Part shown: in pieces, positions 1-9,531 of the stretch | Position numbering within the stretch: the stretch's first letter is position 1 | How the letters are laid out: every line of letters starts with the position of its first letter | Assembly: GCA_013151505.1 (NCBI GenBank) | Contig: JAADID010000175.1 | Coordinates: 1 to 46,081 of the forward strand | Direction: 5' to 3' | Length of the DNA stretch: 46,081 nucleotides | Source of the DNA: Chlorobiota bacterium | GTDB taxonomy: Bacteria; Bacteroidota; Bacteroidia; Bacteroidales; F082 | The notes under the pieces: model-generated | Told to the model about the DNA's origin: nothing | Databases searched by the model: none | Seen by the model: the letters and a program-made list of their open reading frames with translations, nothing else | Program-made: the position numbers and the translations under genes

Positions 1-204
1 TTTATTTTTGGTAGTCTTGGGATGGATTATAATTTCATGATTTTTTCCGGTTTATAGGATATTTTCCGATTTTTTTCATTACAAAAAATATATTGCATCC
101 GTCAGATGACAGACGCAGCAAATTCCGATCGTTTAAGTGGCATGGTAATTGAAGATTTCAGACTTAATTAAAATCTCATTTATATTAAACCCAACCTTAG
201 CATC

Positions 205-792
205 ATGAAAATTCTTCCGATATCTATTTTATCAATTATAATATTCACCTTAATATCATGCAATAAAGCTGATGATTCTTCAAATGATGGTTACAAGGGA
301 TATTTCCCAAACTCAATCGGACTTCAATGGCAATACGAAAGGTATGACAGCTTAAAAAATATTACGGATACAATAAATGTAACAATAATTAGTGATACTG
401 TAATATCAGGAAAAACCTATATGATCTGGGATTATGATTACAACAGCAGTACAGAGAGATTTTATGTTTTGCAAAATAGTGATTCAATAAAAATTTTTAA
501 ATCATCAATTAGCCGCATTGACCAGTTGTATATTGTCCCGTTTCACTTGTATGATAATTGGATTAATACTGATTATAGTTTCGATTCAAGTTTTGTTTCA
601 GCAATTCAGGATATTACAATAAACAATGCAAAATATAAAGATGTGAGTTTGATTGAGCGGTACAGGTTTGCTCTTAATGATTATTTAATTGAAAGAATAT
701 GGTTTAAACCATATTTCGGCATAATAAAGAAAGATATAAAACATAATATATTAGGGCCATACAGGAATGAAACCTGGGAATTAATAGAGTGA
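205..792 (+). CDS. hypothetical lipoprotein
   Basis: 195-aa ORF. The N-terminal hydrophobic signal ends in a lipobox-like TLISC followed by NK. No recognisable catalytic motif. Confidence 0.55.
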   Translation: MKILPISILSIIIFTLISCNKADDSSNDGYKGYFPNSIGLQWQYERYDSLKNITDTINVTIISDTVISGKTYMIWDYDYNSSTERFYVLQNSDSIKIFKSSISRIDQLYIVPFHLYDNWINTDYSFDSSFVSAIQDITINNAKYKDVSLIERYRFALNDYLIERIWFKPYFGIIKKDIKHNILGPYRNETWELIE

Positions 793-894
793 TATTAAAA
801 AAAATTACACCACCTAACATAAGAGAATTCAAGCCGTTTTAAGGAATCCGTTTTTACCTGCAATTTCAACCCGTTAATTTTTGAATATCCGGCA

Positions 895-958
895 AATCGG
901 CTTATATTTACACGATAATTAATCATTCACGATTGTTTTCAGACAAACTGCCGTTGGC
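895..958 (+). repeat. 64-bp direct repeat, copy 1 (promoter/5'-leader-like, upstream of the VOC gene)
   Basis: aatcggcttatatttacacgataattaatcattcacgattgttttcagacaaactgccgttggc recurs at 1539..1602 with 4 mismatches by hand alignment. It contains a TAtaTTTA -7-like box. Confidence 0.85.
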
Positions 959-982
959 AGCAAGCAAAAAAATGGAAAAAGA

Positions 983-1384
983 ATGGATGAAAAATCAACT
1001 TCCGTTAGAAAAGATTCTGAACCACCGGTTGCTGCGGAAAAATGGGGTTGGAAATACCATCATATCGGAATTCCGACATCTGAAAAAAAACCGAATGAGA
1101 CATATATCCCGCACTTAAAGTTTTATGTTTCCGGATTCGAGAAAAGTCCTTTTGGAATTGAATGGATGCGGTTTGAGAAGGATAGTCCAATACACGAATT
1201 AATACAGAGAATTCCTCATGTAGCATTTGAAGTGGAAAATCTTGATTTTGAATTATCTAACCGGAATTTGAATATATTAACAAAACCCAATTCTCCTTCA
1301 AAAGGAATAAAAGTCGCTATGATTGAACATAATGGGGCACCTGTTGAATTGATAGAATTTGAAAAGAAAGATGCCAGTGGCTAA
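983..1384 (+). CDS. VOC (glyoxalase/bleomycin-resistance/dioxygenase fold)-like small protein
   Basis: 133-aa ORF with an ATG start. The 'YHHIGIPT' and 'PHVAFEVENLD' / 'IELIEF' pattern is typical of VOC-fold metal-binding beta-alpha-beta-beta-beta modules. Confidence 0.5.
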   Translation: MDEKSTSVRKDSEPPVAAEKWGWKYHHIGIPTSEKKPNETYIPHLKFYVSGFEKSPFGIEWMRFEKDSPIHELIQRIPHVAFEVENLDFELSNRNLNILTKPNSPSKGIKVAMIEHNGAPVELIEFEKKDASG

Positions 1385-1418
1385 CCTATTGGAATTAAAA
1401 CCCGGTAGAGCCCAAAAC

Positions 1419-1458
1419 CAGGCAGCAGATTAAAGAAAAAACCGTTGCCTGTTTTTTT
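1419..1458 (+). terminator. candidate rho-independent terminator after the VOC gene
   Basis: The caggcagc ... gttgcctg stem has 8 bp including one G-U pair, with an A-rich 17-nt loop. It is followed by T7 (1452..1458). Confidence 0.45.
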
Positions 1459-1538
1459 ATTGTTTGTCCGTACAGGACCGGCGTTCAATCGGGTTTTAAA
1501 TTATGCCCGCCCGCCTCCGTCAACCGGCGGATTGGGCT

Positions 1539-1602
1539 AATCGGCTTATATTTACACGGAAATTAATCATTCACGATGGTTTTCAGACAGACTGCCGTTG
1601 GC
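1539..1602 (+). repeat. 64-bp direct repeat, copy 2
   Basis: 60/64 identity to 895..958. It is followed not by a VOC-like gene but by AT-rich DNA leading into the AbiE module. Confidence 0.85.
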
Positions 1603-1719
1603 CGTAATTAAAAACAAAAACAATTATTATCAAATACTGTTGTTTGTATCTTGTTAATATTTATATTTGTGATTTGATAGATACATATAGCAAGTGATTA
1701 TTGTTTTGTGTATCTTTGC

Positions 1720-1738
1720 AGTCACAATAAATGTGACT
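1720..1738 (+). promoter_or_regulatory. perfect inverted repeat AGTCACA-N5-TGTGACT between a TAtcTTTG -7 box (1711..1718) and the abiEi start; candidate operator
   Basis: The palindrome was read directly from the sequence. AbiEi antitoxins are known autorepressors that bind inverted repeats in their own promoter. Confidence 0.4.
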
Positions 1739-1763
1739 ATGAAGATAATAATAGCAATTTTAT

Positions 1764-2570
1764 ATGAAATTAGAATGGGACATAATTAAGAGATTTTCTC
1801 AAAATGATACACCATGTTTCTCTACAAATGATGTAAGAGAAGAATTCGACAATGTCAGTGCATCGCACTTAAACAATACTCTAATGCGAATGGTAAAGAA
1901 CAACATGCTTATTCGTCTTAACAGAGGGTTGTATTATATCGTGCCTCTTGAACATAATAGTTCAAAGTTTATACCCAACTGGCATTTGGTGGCTAAGTAC
2001 TTGCTGCAAAATAAAAACTATTACATCGGTTATTACTCTGCACTTCAAATACACAAACTAATAACTCAACCTAGTTTGACTGAAATTGTAGTGACTGAAA
2101 TTCAAATGAAGCCAAGTAACATTGAAATTCAAGGTGTCAGATTTCAGTTTGTTTATCATAAAAAAGAGCGATTCTTTGGAATAAAAAATACTTGGATTGA
2201 TAATTACAATAAGGTAAAATGTAGTGACTTAGAAAAGACCTTGGTAGATTCATTTATTAACCCACATTACAGTAATGGAATGGTTGAGATAGCCAAAGCA
2301 GTCTATGAAGCCCGGAACAAAATTGATCAGGGTAAAATAATGGACTACTTTACCAGATCTGGTAGTAAAATTGCGGCAAGAAGGTATGTTTTCATTTGTG
2401 ACCTTTTAGAAATAAGTTCATCATATCATGAAAGTTTACTACAAAACAACCTGACAGGATCGTTTCTTCGTTTGGATACATCGGCACCAGATGAAGGGAA
2501 AATCAACACAAAATATGAACTGAAAATTAATCGTGACATAAACACGATAAAAGAAGCAATTTATACATGA
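1764..2570 (+). CDS. abiEi: AbiEi-family type IV toxin-antitoxin antitoxin / transcriptional regulator
   Basis: 268-aa ORF immediately upstream of the AbiEii-like gene, overlapping it by 4 bp (ATGA). 'IGYYSALQIHKLITQ' resembles the AbiEi_4 C-terminal domain core. Confidence 0.7.
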   Translation: MKLEWDIIKRFSQNDTPCFSTNDVREEFDNVSASHLNNTLMRMVKNNMLIRLNRGLYYIVPLEHNSSKFIPNWHLVAKYLLQNKNYYIGYYSALQIHKLITQPSLTEIVVTEIQMKPSNIEIQGVRFQFVYHKKERFFGIKNTWIDNYNKVKCSDLEKTLVDSFINPHYSNGMVEIAKAVYEARNKIDQGKIMDYFTRSGSKIAARRYVFICDLLEISSSYHESLLQNNLTGSFLRLDTSAPDEGKINTKYELKINRDINTIKEAIYT

Positions 2571-3391
2571 TTAAACCTGGAGAAATAGATAAGATTGCCA
2601 TCGAAAAGGGGGTAAGGGCTAAACAAATAGAAAAAGATTATGTAATCTCATGGATTCTTTGGGGAATTGTACGAAATGGGTTCTTAAATAATAACTTAAT
2701 ATTTAAGGGTGGTACATGCTTAAAGAAAATGCACTTTGGCGATTATAGATTCTCTGAAGATATGGATTTTACGCTTCGGGATGATAGTATGTCTGATGAA
2801 GATATTTTAGAGAATTTCCGGAGTGTTTTCAAGCAAGTATATGAAGAGTCAAGGATAAAAGTCCAAATAATCGAAGATACCATTGACAATCATGAGACCT
2901 CTGGCAGTCTTAAATTTAAGATGGAATATGTTGCCACTCACGGGTCGGACGAAATAAAAGTTGATGTCACGAGAGGTGAAATAATTGAGTTTGATATAGA
3001 GCATCGAGAAGTACTCAACAACTATAGTGATCTTATTAAAGAAGAAACACAAATACATTGCTACTCTCTTGAAGAAATTTTAATCGAAAAAGCAACTGCA
3101 TTGATGGGGAGAACAATTCCACGTGATCTATACGATTTTTACTACTTAACTGAGAAAGCAGGAATTAAACTTCGGGATGTTTATATCGAATTTATGCGTA
3201 AAGCCGAAAATAAAGGACATAACCCTAATGAGTTCATGGAGAAGGTTATTCCGAAAATGAAAACATTTGCCAGAGACTGGAATACCAGTATGAGCAAACA
3301 GATGATTGAAAATGAGCTGCCTGATTTTAAAAACCTCTGGAGGAAATCACAAGTTCATTTTAAAGAACTATTGAGACTGGTCGGTCACTGA
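2567..3391 (+). CDS. abiEii: AbiEii/AbiGii-family nucleotidyltransferase toxin (DUF1814)
   Basis: 274-aa ORF. 'EKDYVISWIL', 'FKGGTCLKK' and 'RFSEDMDF' are hallmark N-terminal motifs of the DUF1814 nucleotidyltransferases. It is translationally coupled to abiEi. Confidence 0.85.
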   Translation: MIKPGEIDKIAIEKGVRAKQIEKDYVISWILWGIVRNGFLNNNLIFKGGTCLKKMHFGDYRFSEDMDFTLRDDSMSDEDILENFRSVFKQVYEESRIKVQIIEDTIDNHETSGSLKFKMEYVATHGSDEIKVDVTRGEIIEFDIEHREVLNNYSDLIKEETQIHCYSLEEILIEKATALMGRTIPRDLYDFYYLTEKAGIKLRDVYIEFMRKAENKGHNPNEFMEKVIPKMKTFARDWNTSMSKQMIENELPDFKNLWRKSQVHFKELLRLVGH

Positions 3392-3587
3392 TTAAGTTTA
3401 GATTACACTAACTCACAAAGACAACAAATGCCGGCAATCAGTGTTCCGAAGGCCGGAACAGCCTGTCACGGTTTTTTACGGGAAGTCAAAATCTGAATCT
3501 GGTGTTAACGCCGGGAAACCGTAAACTTTAAACATCAGACTTTAAACTCAAAACTCCCCTGCCCGCCGAAGCAGAGCGCAGGAGGGA

Positions 3588-3629
3588 AACTCCAAACTCA
3601 AGACTCCAGACTCAAGACTCCAAACTCTC
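3588..3629. repeat. heptamer tandem repeat (RACTCMA) x6
   Basis: aactcca aactcaa gactcca gactcaa gactcca aactctc abuts the argS stop codon (3631..3633). Related degenerate copies lie at about 3523..3560. Confidence 0.8.
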
Positions 3630-3630
3630 C

Positions 3631-5418
3631 CTACATCCTGTCCGGTACTTCAATTCCCAGCAGCCCCATGGCCGATTTAATGGTATTGCCGGTAAATGTC
3701 GAAAGCCCGATCCGGAAATTCCGCTTCGTCAGGTCAGGTTCCTTCAAGATCGGGTAATCATGATAAAACTGGTTGTATTCTTTGGCCAGCTCATAAGCAA
3801 AATTGGCTATCAGCGCCGGGCTCATGCCGGATGCAGCCTGGTTTACGACAGCAGGATATTCGTGAAGCAGTTTCAACAGGGACCTTTCTTTGGGCTCAAG
3901 ACCGGGAACCGGTTCGGTTGCCTGCGCGTATTTTATCCCCTGCTCCGCCCCTTTTCGCAATACCGACCGGATGCGTGCATGCGTATATTGAATGAAAGTC
4001 CCCGTATTCCCGTTGAAATCAATGGATTCTTCCGGATTAAAGGTCATGTTCTTTTTGGGGTCCACTTTCAGGATAAAATATTTCAAAGCGCCCAGGCCCA
4101 GTATCCGGTAAAGGTTCTTTGATTCTTCTTCGGTGAAATCATCAAACTTACCCAGCTCTTGCGTTGTCCTGCGTGCTGTTTCTTCCATTTCATCCATCAG
4201 GTCGTCGGCGTCCACCACGGTACCTTCGCGCGATTTCATTTTGCCATGGGGAAGCTCCACCATGCCGTAATTCAAATGGTGAATATTGTCAGCCCATTTG
4301 CGCCCCAGCTTTTTCAGAATCCGCTTCAAGACGTCAAAATGATAGTTTTGTTCGTTACCTACCACATAGATCAATTCCGAAGGATGGTAATCGTCATATC
4401 GTAACTGGGCTGTTCCCAGGTCCTGCGTCATGTAAACCGATGTGCCGTCGGCACGCAGCAGAAGCTTTTCATCCAGTCCCTCATCCGACAAGTCGCACCA
4501 CACCGAACCGTCTTCTTTTTTATAAAAGACACCCTTCTCCAGCCCTTCGTTGACGATTTCCTTCCCAAGCAGGTAAGTATCTGATTCGTAGTATATTTTA
4601 TCAAAACCGATCCCCAGCCGTTTGTACGTTACCTCGAAGCCGTCATAAACCCAGCCGTTCATCTCATGCCAGAGCTTTCGGACTTCCTCATCACCTTCCT
4701 CCCATTTCTTCAACATGGCTTTCGCTTCTTTTATCAGCGGCGCCTGTTGGACTGCTTCATCTTTGTCAACACCCTGTGCAATCAGTTCCTCAACTTCTTT
4801 TTTGTAGTGCTTGTCAAACAGCACGTAAAAATCACCAACCAGTTTATCGCCTTTAATGTTTTCTTTTTCGGGTGTTTTTCCGTTACCCCATTTTTGCCAT
4901 GCCAGCATGGATTTGCAGATGTGAATACCCCGGTCATTCACCAGGTTGACTTTTACCACATTCCTGCCCCCCGCTTTCAGTATCTCCGAAACTGCCCAGC
5001 CCAACAGGTTGTTGCGTATATGCCCGAGATGAAGGGGCTTATTCGTATTTGGTGAGGAAAATTCAATGACTGCGGGGTCACCTGTTTGCTGCCGCTGTTT
5101 TCCGAAATTTTCGTCAACAACATTTCCGTCAAAAAACGATAGCCAGTAAGCATCCGAAACAACCAGGTTCAGAAACCCTTTGACCACATTGTATCCGGAT
5201 ATCTCTTTCAGATGTTCTTTCAGATATTTACCGATATCCCCGGCTGTTTGTTCAGGGCTTTTTTTTGAGAATCTTAACAATGGAAATACCACCACGGTGA
5301 GGTCGCCCTCAAATTCGGGACGGGTTTTTTGCACCTGGACCAGCGTATCATCAATTTGCTGACCGTACAATTGATGAAAGCCTTCTTTGAGCTTTTCTGT
5401 TAATATCTGTTCAATCAT
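3631..5418 (-). CDS. argS: arginine--tRNA ligase
   Basis: 595-aa ORF. It has a class I HIGH-type motif 'PNTNKPLHLGHIRN' and a KMSKS-equivalent 'GKMKSREGT'. The DALR-type C-terminal anticodon-binding region ends in '...GIEVPDRM', typical of ArgRS. Confidence 0.95.
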   Translation of the reverse strand: MIEQILTEKLKEGFHQLYGQQIDDTLVQVQKTRPEFEGDLTVVVFPLLRFSKKSPEQTAGDIGKYLKEHLKEISGYNVVKGFLNLVVSDAYWLSFFDGNVVDENFGKQRQQTGDPAVIEFSSPNTNKPLHLGHIRNNLLGWAVSEILKAGGRNVVKVNLVNDRGIHICKSMLAWQKWGNGKTPEKENIKGDKLVGDFYVLFDKHYKKEVEELIAQGVDKDEAVQQAPLIKEAKAMLKKWEEGDEEVRKLWHEMNGWVYDGFEVTYKRLGIGFDKIYYESDTYLLGKEIVNEGLEKGVFYKKEDGSVWCDLSDEGLDEKLLLRADGTSVYMTQDLGTAQLRYDDYHPSELIYVVGNEQNYHFDVLKRILKKLGRKWADNIHHLNYGMVELPHGKMKSREGTVVDADDLMDEMEETARRTTQELGKFDDFTEEESKNLYRILGLGALKYFILKVDPKKNMTFNPEESIDFNGNTGTFIQYTHARIRSVLRKGAEQGIKYAQATEPVPGLEPKERSLLKLLHEYPAVVNQAASGMSPALIANFAYELAKEYNQFYHDYPILKEPDLTKRNFRIGLSTFTGNTIKSAMGLLGIEVPDRM

Positions 5419-5569
5419 TGCTTAAAGTTCGCGCAAAAATAATGAATTCGCAGAGCCAATAACGGACTTCCGTAAAAATGAAAATAAATCCGGTAAATGA
5501 CCTGATAATTTGCAGGAGATATTAAATTTGTGGGTTTTTTAAGTATTAACTTTATTAACCATATACTCC

Positions 5570-6907
5570 ATGAAGAAAAACGTAATCATTATCGGCGCCG
5601 CCGGAAGGGATTTCCACAATTTTAATACATACTACCGTGGAAACGAGAATTACAATGTTGTGGCATTTACCGCTGCCCAGATACCTGATATTGACGGAAG
5701 AAAATATCCTGCCGAGCTGGCCGGGGACCTGTATCCCGACGGGATACCCATTTACGAAGAAGCCCGTTTGCCCGGGCTTATCAAAGACCTTGACGTGGAC
5801 GATTGTGTTTTCGCTTACAGCGATGTGCCTTATCAAAGGGTCATGGGTGTTTCGGCCATTGTCAATGCTGCCGGGGCAAACTTTATCCTTCTGGGACCGA
5901 GGGATACGATGATCAAAAGTACCAAACCGGTGATTGCCGTCGGAGCTGTCAGGACGGGTTGCGGAAAAAGCCAGACATCCAGGAAGGTGATCGAATACCT
6001 GATGGCCAAAGGATTAAAAGTGGTTGCCGTCCGTCACCCCATGCCTTACGGTGACCTGGTCGCACAAAAGGTGCAGCGCTTTGCCACCATTGACGACCTT
6101 GCCAAAAACAAATGTACGATTGAAGAAATGGAAGAATACGAACCGCATATTGTGCGCGGTAACGTGATTTATGCAGGCGTGGACTATGAAGCCATATTGC
6201 GTGCTGCGGAGCAGGACCCTGACGGCTGTGATGTGATCCTGTGGGATGGCGGCAACAATGATTTTCCGTTTTACAAACCCGACCTGAACATCACGGTTGT
6301 TGACCCGCACCGTCCGGGCCACGAACTGAAATATTATCCCGGGGAGGTTACACTCCGCCTGGCTGATGTCGTCATCATCAACAAGATGGACAGTGCGGCT
6401 CCGGAATCCATACAGACCGTCCGGGAGAACATTGCCAAAGTGGCTCCTGATGCCGTTGTAATTGACGGGGCATCGCCCATTAAGGTGGACGACCCTTCAG
6501 TGATCAAAGGCAAAAGGGTATTGGTTGTGGAAGACGGCCCGACACTCACTCACGGCGAAATGAAAATTGGCGCCGGAACGGTTGCAGCTCAAAAATTCGG
6601 CGCTGCCGAGTTGATTGACCCGAGGCCTTTTGTTGTGGGAAAACTTGCCGAGACTTTCGAGATTTATCCGAATATCGGTACATTGCTTCCCGCCATGGGT
6701 TACAGCAAGCAACAATTGCATGACCTTGAAGCTACGATCAACAACACTGATTGTGATTCGGTGGTTATCGGCACTCCCATTGACCTGAACAGGATTGTCA
6801 AGATCAAAAAACCCAATACACGTGTTTATTATGACCTTCAGGAAATCGGTTACCCCGACCTGCAAGGCGTGCTGAATGATTTTGTTAAAGAACACCATTT
6901 GGCGTAA
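5570..6907 (+). CDS. COG2403-family P-loop protein (cyclic 2,3-diphosphoglycerate synthetase-like / predicted GTPase)
   Basis: 445-aa ORF with N-terminal 'IIIGAAGRDFHNFN' and Walker A-like 'GAVRTGCGKS'. The overall layout matches the family from memory. Confidence 0.7.
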   Translation: MKKNVIIIGAAGRDFHNFNTYYRGNENYNVVAFTAAQIPDIDGRKYPAELAGDLYPDGIPIYEEARLPGLIKDLDVDDCVFAYSDVPYQRVMGVSAIVNAAGANFILLGPRDTMIKSTKPVIAVGAVRTGCGKSQTSRKVIEYLMAKGLKVVAVRHPMPYGDLVAQKVQRFATIDDLAKNKCTIEEMEEYEPHIVRGNVIYAGVDYEAILRAAEQDPDGCDVILWDGGNNDFPFYKPDLNITVVDPHRPGHELKYYPGEVTLRLADVVIINKMDSAAPESIQTVRENIAKVAPDAVVIDGASPIKVDDPSVIKGKRVLVVEDGPTLTHGEMKIGAGTVAAQKFGAAELIDPRPFVVGKLAETFEIYPNIGTLLPAMGYSKQQLHDLEATINNTDCDSVVIGTPIDLNRIVKIKKPNTRVYYDLQEIGYPDLQGVLNDFVKEHHLA

Positions 6908-6916
6908 CAGGCAGTA

Positions 6917-8728
6917 TTATAATTTTTTTTCGATGGCCTCCCCTTTCCGGGAGGTCATTTTTTTAAGCAAATCCCAAATCGAAAAAGAATCGAATTTGAT
7001 CAGGCGCTGGCTGATCAGTTTGTGTACCACTTTGCGTTCAATCCAATGGTGGAACGGCAATAATATGGCGATCAAACCGATCTTGATCAACAAGATTTTC
7101 CAGGGCTCGCCGTGTGTGAGGTGGTGAATTTTTTGATCTGCCAGCAAGATGATAAATTCAAAAAGGAAAATAAAGGAAATAAATCCCAGCGCCTGGATCA
7201 CCCACCTTGGTACTTTAAAACTTCCTAACAAGATCAGGATCACAAATATGCTCAGAATCGCAACAACGATCGCCGTATATTGAAGGTTATGCCTCCGCTG
7301 CGTTTCCAGTCGTTCACGCTTTTCGGCAAGAGCCTGTTGCTGTGCCTCGTGGTTGATCTCAAGCCTGATGAGCTTATCTTTTCCGGCAAGCCGGTTGATG
7401 CTGTCATTCAGTTTTCTGTTAAGATTTGAATAATAATAAGCCTGCCTGAACTTTTCTTCGCCGGCAAAAAGTTTTTCAAGCAACAAGGAGGCATCCAGCA
7501 TAAATTTCAAATAATTGGCTTCTCTGGCCAAAAGATAAGCGTGTTCAAGTTTTCGGATGGCAGTTTTGTCGTCTCCTGACCTGATCAGGAATTGTCCGAA
7601 ACGAAGATAAAAATTGGATTGCAGGATTTTGTTTGAATTATCTGATATATATTTCTCCGCTTCGGTAAAATAAAAGTCAGCCGAATCCGCTTTTCCTTCG
7701 TACTCATTGAAATACGCTTTTAGCCTGTAATAAAATGATGGTGAATTGAGCTTTAATTTGTGAAACTCTTCCGGGTACTGATCCATATAAAACTGTTTCA
7801 ATAAATCCATCCGGTTCAGTTTTGTCAAAACAGAGCGGTAAAGGGAAAATTCGTAATCTCTTAGTTTGGAATTATCATGACGTTTGGCAAAGGCAAGCAC
7901 CCTGCTTACTTCAGGCTCGTTTACTATTGTTTTGTCCGAGCTTAGATTGATTACCTGAAGGTCGTAGCTTATCCACATCAGGGCCAGTGAATCCACCGGT
8001 TTTGTCTTGATTAACATACTCTGCTGAAGCAGTTTGTAAGTCGCCGCCTTTTGAAACAACCTGTTGGCCAGATAAAAGCCGGAAAGTTCCGAGTAGCATT
8101 CCGTCAGCAAACCGTCATCTTGCGATTGCCTGGCCAGTTTGGTTGCCTGCAGATAATTCCTGAATGCCTCGACCTTGCGGTTGTTTCTCTCAAGTATTTT
8201 ACCGATCATTAAATAACTTTCAATAAGACCGGCATCGTTATTCATATCAGAGGCCAATGTTAACGATTTGTATGCCGAGCCCAGCGCTTTATCATAATCA
8301 TTACCCCACATATAAACCTGTGCGAGGTTCAGCGCGCATTTCCATTGCCACGAAATATTTGAAACCGTGCTGCTTATCTGTTCAGCAGCCAAAGCATAAT
8401 CCAACGCCTTTGCCTGGTTGGCGAGCAGGTCAATGTTCTCGATATAACTGTTGTAAGCCATCAGGATAAGACCGGGCCTGAAGGTTGAAGTGGCCAGCTC
8501 AACTGCCCTTTTCCCAATACTGTCAACTTTACGGTTGTCATTCTTAATACGGTTGTAAAATGCAACCTGATCGCATAATTCCGCAACACGAAGGCTATCC
8601 CGGTCGGTTGAATGGGGTTGCTTCAAATCTATTTCCGGCTCTTCTCCGGTAAAAGCAAATAATCCGGTTAACGGGGAAAAAAGTAATAAGATACAGACTC
8701 TCCAGTGTTTATGAGTTATTTTTAGCAT
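6917..8728 (-). CDS. TPR-repeat membrane protein (sensor-like, no output domain)
   Basis: 603-aa ORF. Signal/anchor, then long TPR-like helical repeats, a coiled coil ('QQQALAEKRERLETQRR') and 3-4 C-terminal TM helices. Confidence 0.65.
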   Translation of the reverse strand: MLKITHKHWRVCILLLFSPLTGLFAFTGEEPEIDLKQPHSTDRDSLRVAELCDQVAFYNRIKNDNRKVDSIGKRAVELATSTFRPGLILMAYNSYIENIDLLANQAKALDYALAAEQISSTVSNISWQWKCALNLAQVYMWGNDYDKALGSAYKSLTLASDMNNDAGLIESYLMIGKILERNNRKVEAFRNYLQATKLARQSQDDGLLTECYSELSGFYLANRLFQKAATYKLLQQSMLIKTKPVDSLALMWISYDLQVINLSSDKTIVNEPEVSRVLAFAKRHDNSKLRDYEFSLYRSVLTKLNRMDLLKQFYMDQYPEEFHKLKLNSPSFYYRLKAYFNEYEGKADSADFYFTEAEKYISDNSNKILQSNFYLRFGQFLIRSGDDKTAIRKLEHAYLLAREANYLKFMLDASLLLEKLFAGEEKFRQAYYYSNLNRKLNDSINRLAGKDKLIRLEINHEAQQQALAEKRERLETQRRHNLQYTAIVVAILSIFVILILLGSFKVPRWVIQALGFISFIFLFEFIILLADQKIHHLTHGEPWKILLIKIGLIAILLPFHHWIERKVVHKLISQRLIKFDSFSIWDLLKKMTSRKGEAIEKKL

Positions 8729-8862
8729 AAAAATACAGTTCCATCATTACAAAATATGATGTTTGGACGGTGAAAGTAATTAAAAAACATTCTAAATAAC
8801 AAAATTATACTTACTTTGCGCCCTGTATTTTAAAACTCATTAATCACTAATAACTTAATATC

Positions 8863-9300
8863 ATGAACTACAACATACTCAGAAAACCGTTATTCACCTT
8901 TACCGCCGGTATTTTTTTCGGAATATCGCTTATCTCTTTTTATGCATTTATGAACAAAAGTGCGGTGCCTCAAACGGGTCAGATTGTAAAGGTGGATATA
9001 ACTTCCGCTGCCAAACTAACCAAAAATTACAAAGCCGCGGCAAAACCCATGGACGAAGTACTTAACGGATTTACCGTCAATACATACCAACTTGAAGCCA
9101 TGAACAGGCTGTTGAAAGAAAACCCTGCTGCTGCCGGTTTCAGAATTTATTTGGGCCTAACACCCGAAGGGGCAAAAAAAAGTATTGTGGTCGGAATTGA
9201 CTCCAATGGCACGGATGCCACGTCAGGAACAAAGTACAAAACTTCTGTGAGAAATTCGGGTCCTTGTCCGACAGTGTGCGACAGCAGCAGTCCTTTTTAA
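8863..9300 (+). CDS. hypothetical membrane-anchored protein
   Basis: 145-aa ORF with one N-terminal TM helix and a C-terminal 'GPCPTVCD' motif. No family recognised. Confidence 0.45.
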   Translation: MNYNILRKPLFTFTAGIFFGISLISFYAFMNKSAVPQTGQIVKVDITSAAKLTKNYKAAAKPMDEVLNGFTVNTYQLEAMNRLLKENPAAAGFRIYLGLTPEGAKKSIVVGIDSNGTDATSGTKYKTSVRNSGPCPTVCDSSSPF

Positions 9301-9492
9301 AAAATGTTGATGCCCGAATCTCAATATAATTTTTCAGTTAGCCCGATTCGCGAATATTGCATATATCCGCTGGCAATGATTACAAAAACGGAAACGGCGG
9401 GGCGGGAACATACCGGCGGTAGTTTTTTTTCCAAAATGTTGAAAAAAAATAAATTAACTTTAATTAACGGTCGTACCTATATAAATAATAGG

Positions 9493-9500
9493 TATCTTTG
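9493..9500 (+). promoter_or_regulatory. Bacteroidota-type -7 promoter box TAtcTTTG upstream of the cold-shock gene
   Basis: Matches the TAnnTTTG consensus 32 nt upstream of the ATG at 9532. The same octamer occurs at 1711, 14441 and 38964 upstream of other genes. No clear -33 TTTG was seen. Confidence 0.3.
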
Positions 9501-9531
9501 CCGCATTAATTATTAACAATAAATTTTATCA

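Noticed and set aside
933-1226. ORFs 933..1118 (+, TTG start) and 1005..1226 (-) overlapping the VOC gene.
   Set aside because: They are shorter, have no motifs and overlap a better-supported frame. The first begins inside the 64-bp repeat.
3430-3480. GTTCCG-aaggc-CGGAAC hairpin followed at a distance by T6, considered as the abiEii terminator.
   Set aside because: The stem is only 6 bp and the T-tract is about 12 nt away from it, which is not a convincing intrinsic terminator.
3696-5362. Six plus-strand ORFs (3696..3995, 3760..4122, 4159..4404, 4164..4553, 4666..5055, 5180..5362) and one minus-strand alternate-frame ORF (4977..5162).
   Set aside because: All lie inside the well-supported argS gene, antisense or out of frame. 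They have low-complexity Arg/Pro/Ser-rich translations typical of shadow ORFs.
9304-9516. 70-aa ORF in the region upstream of the cold-shock gene.
   Set aside because: It has no motif, runs through A/T homopolymers and covers the probable csp promoter/5' leader. It is more likely non-coding.
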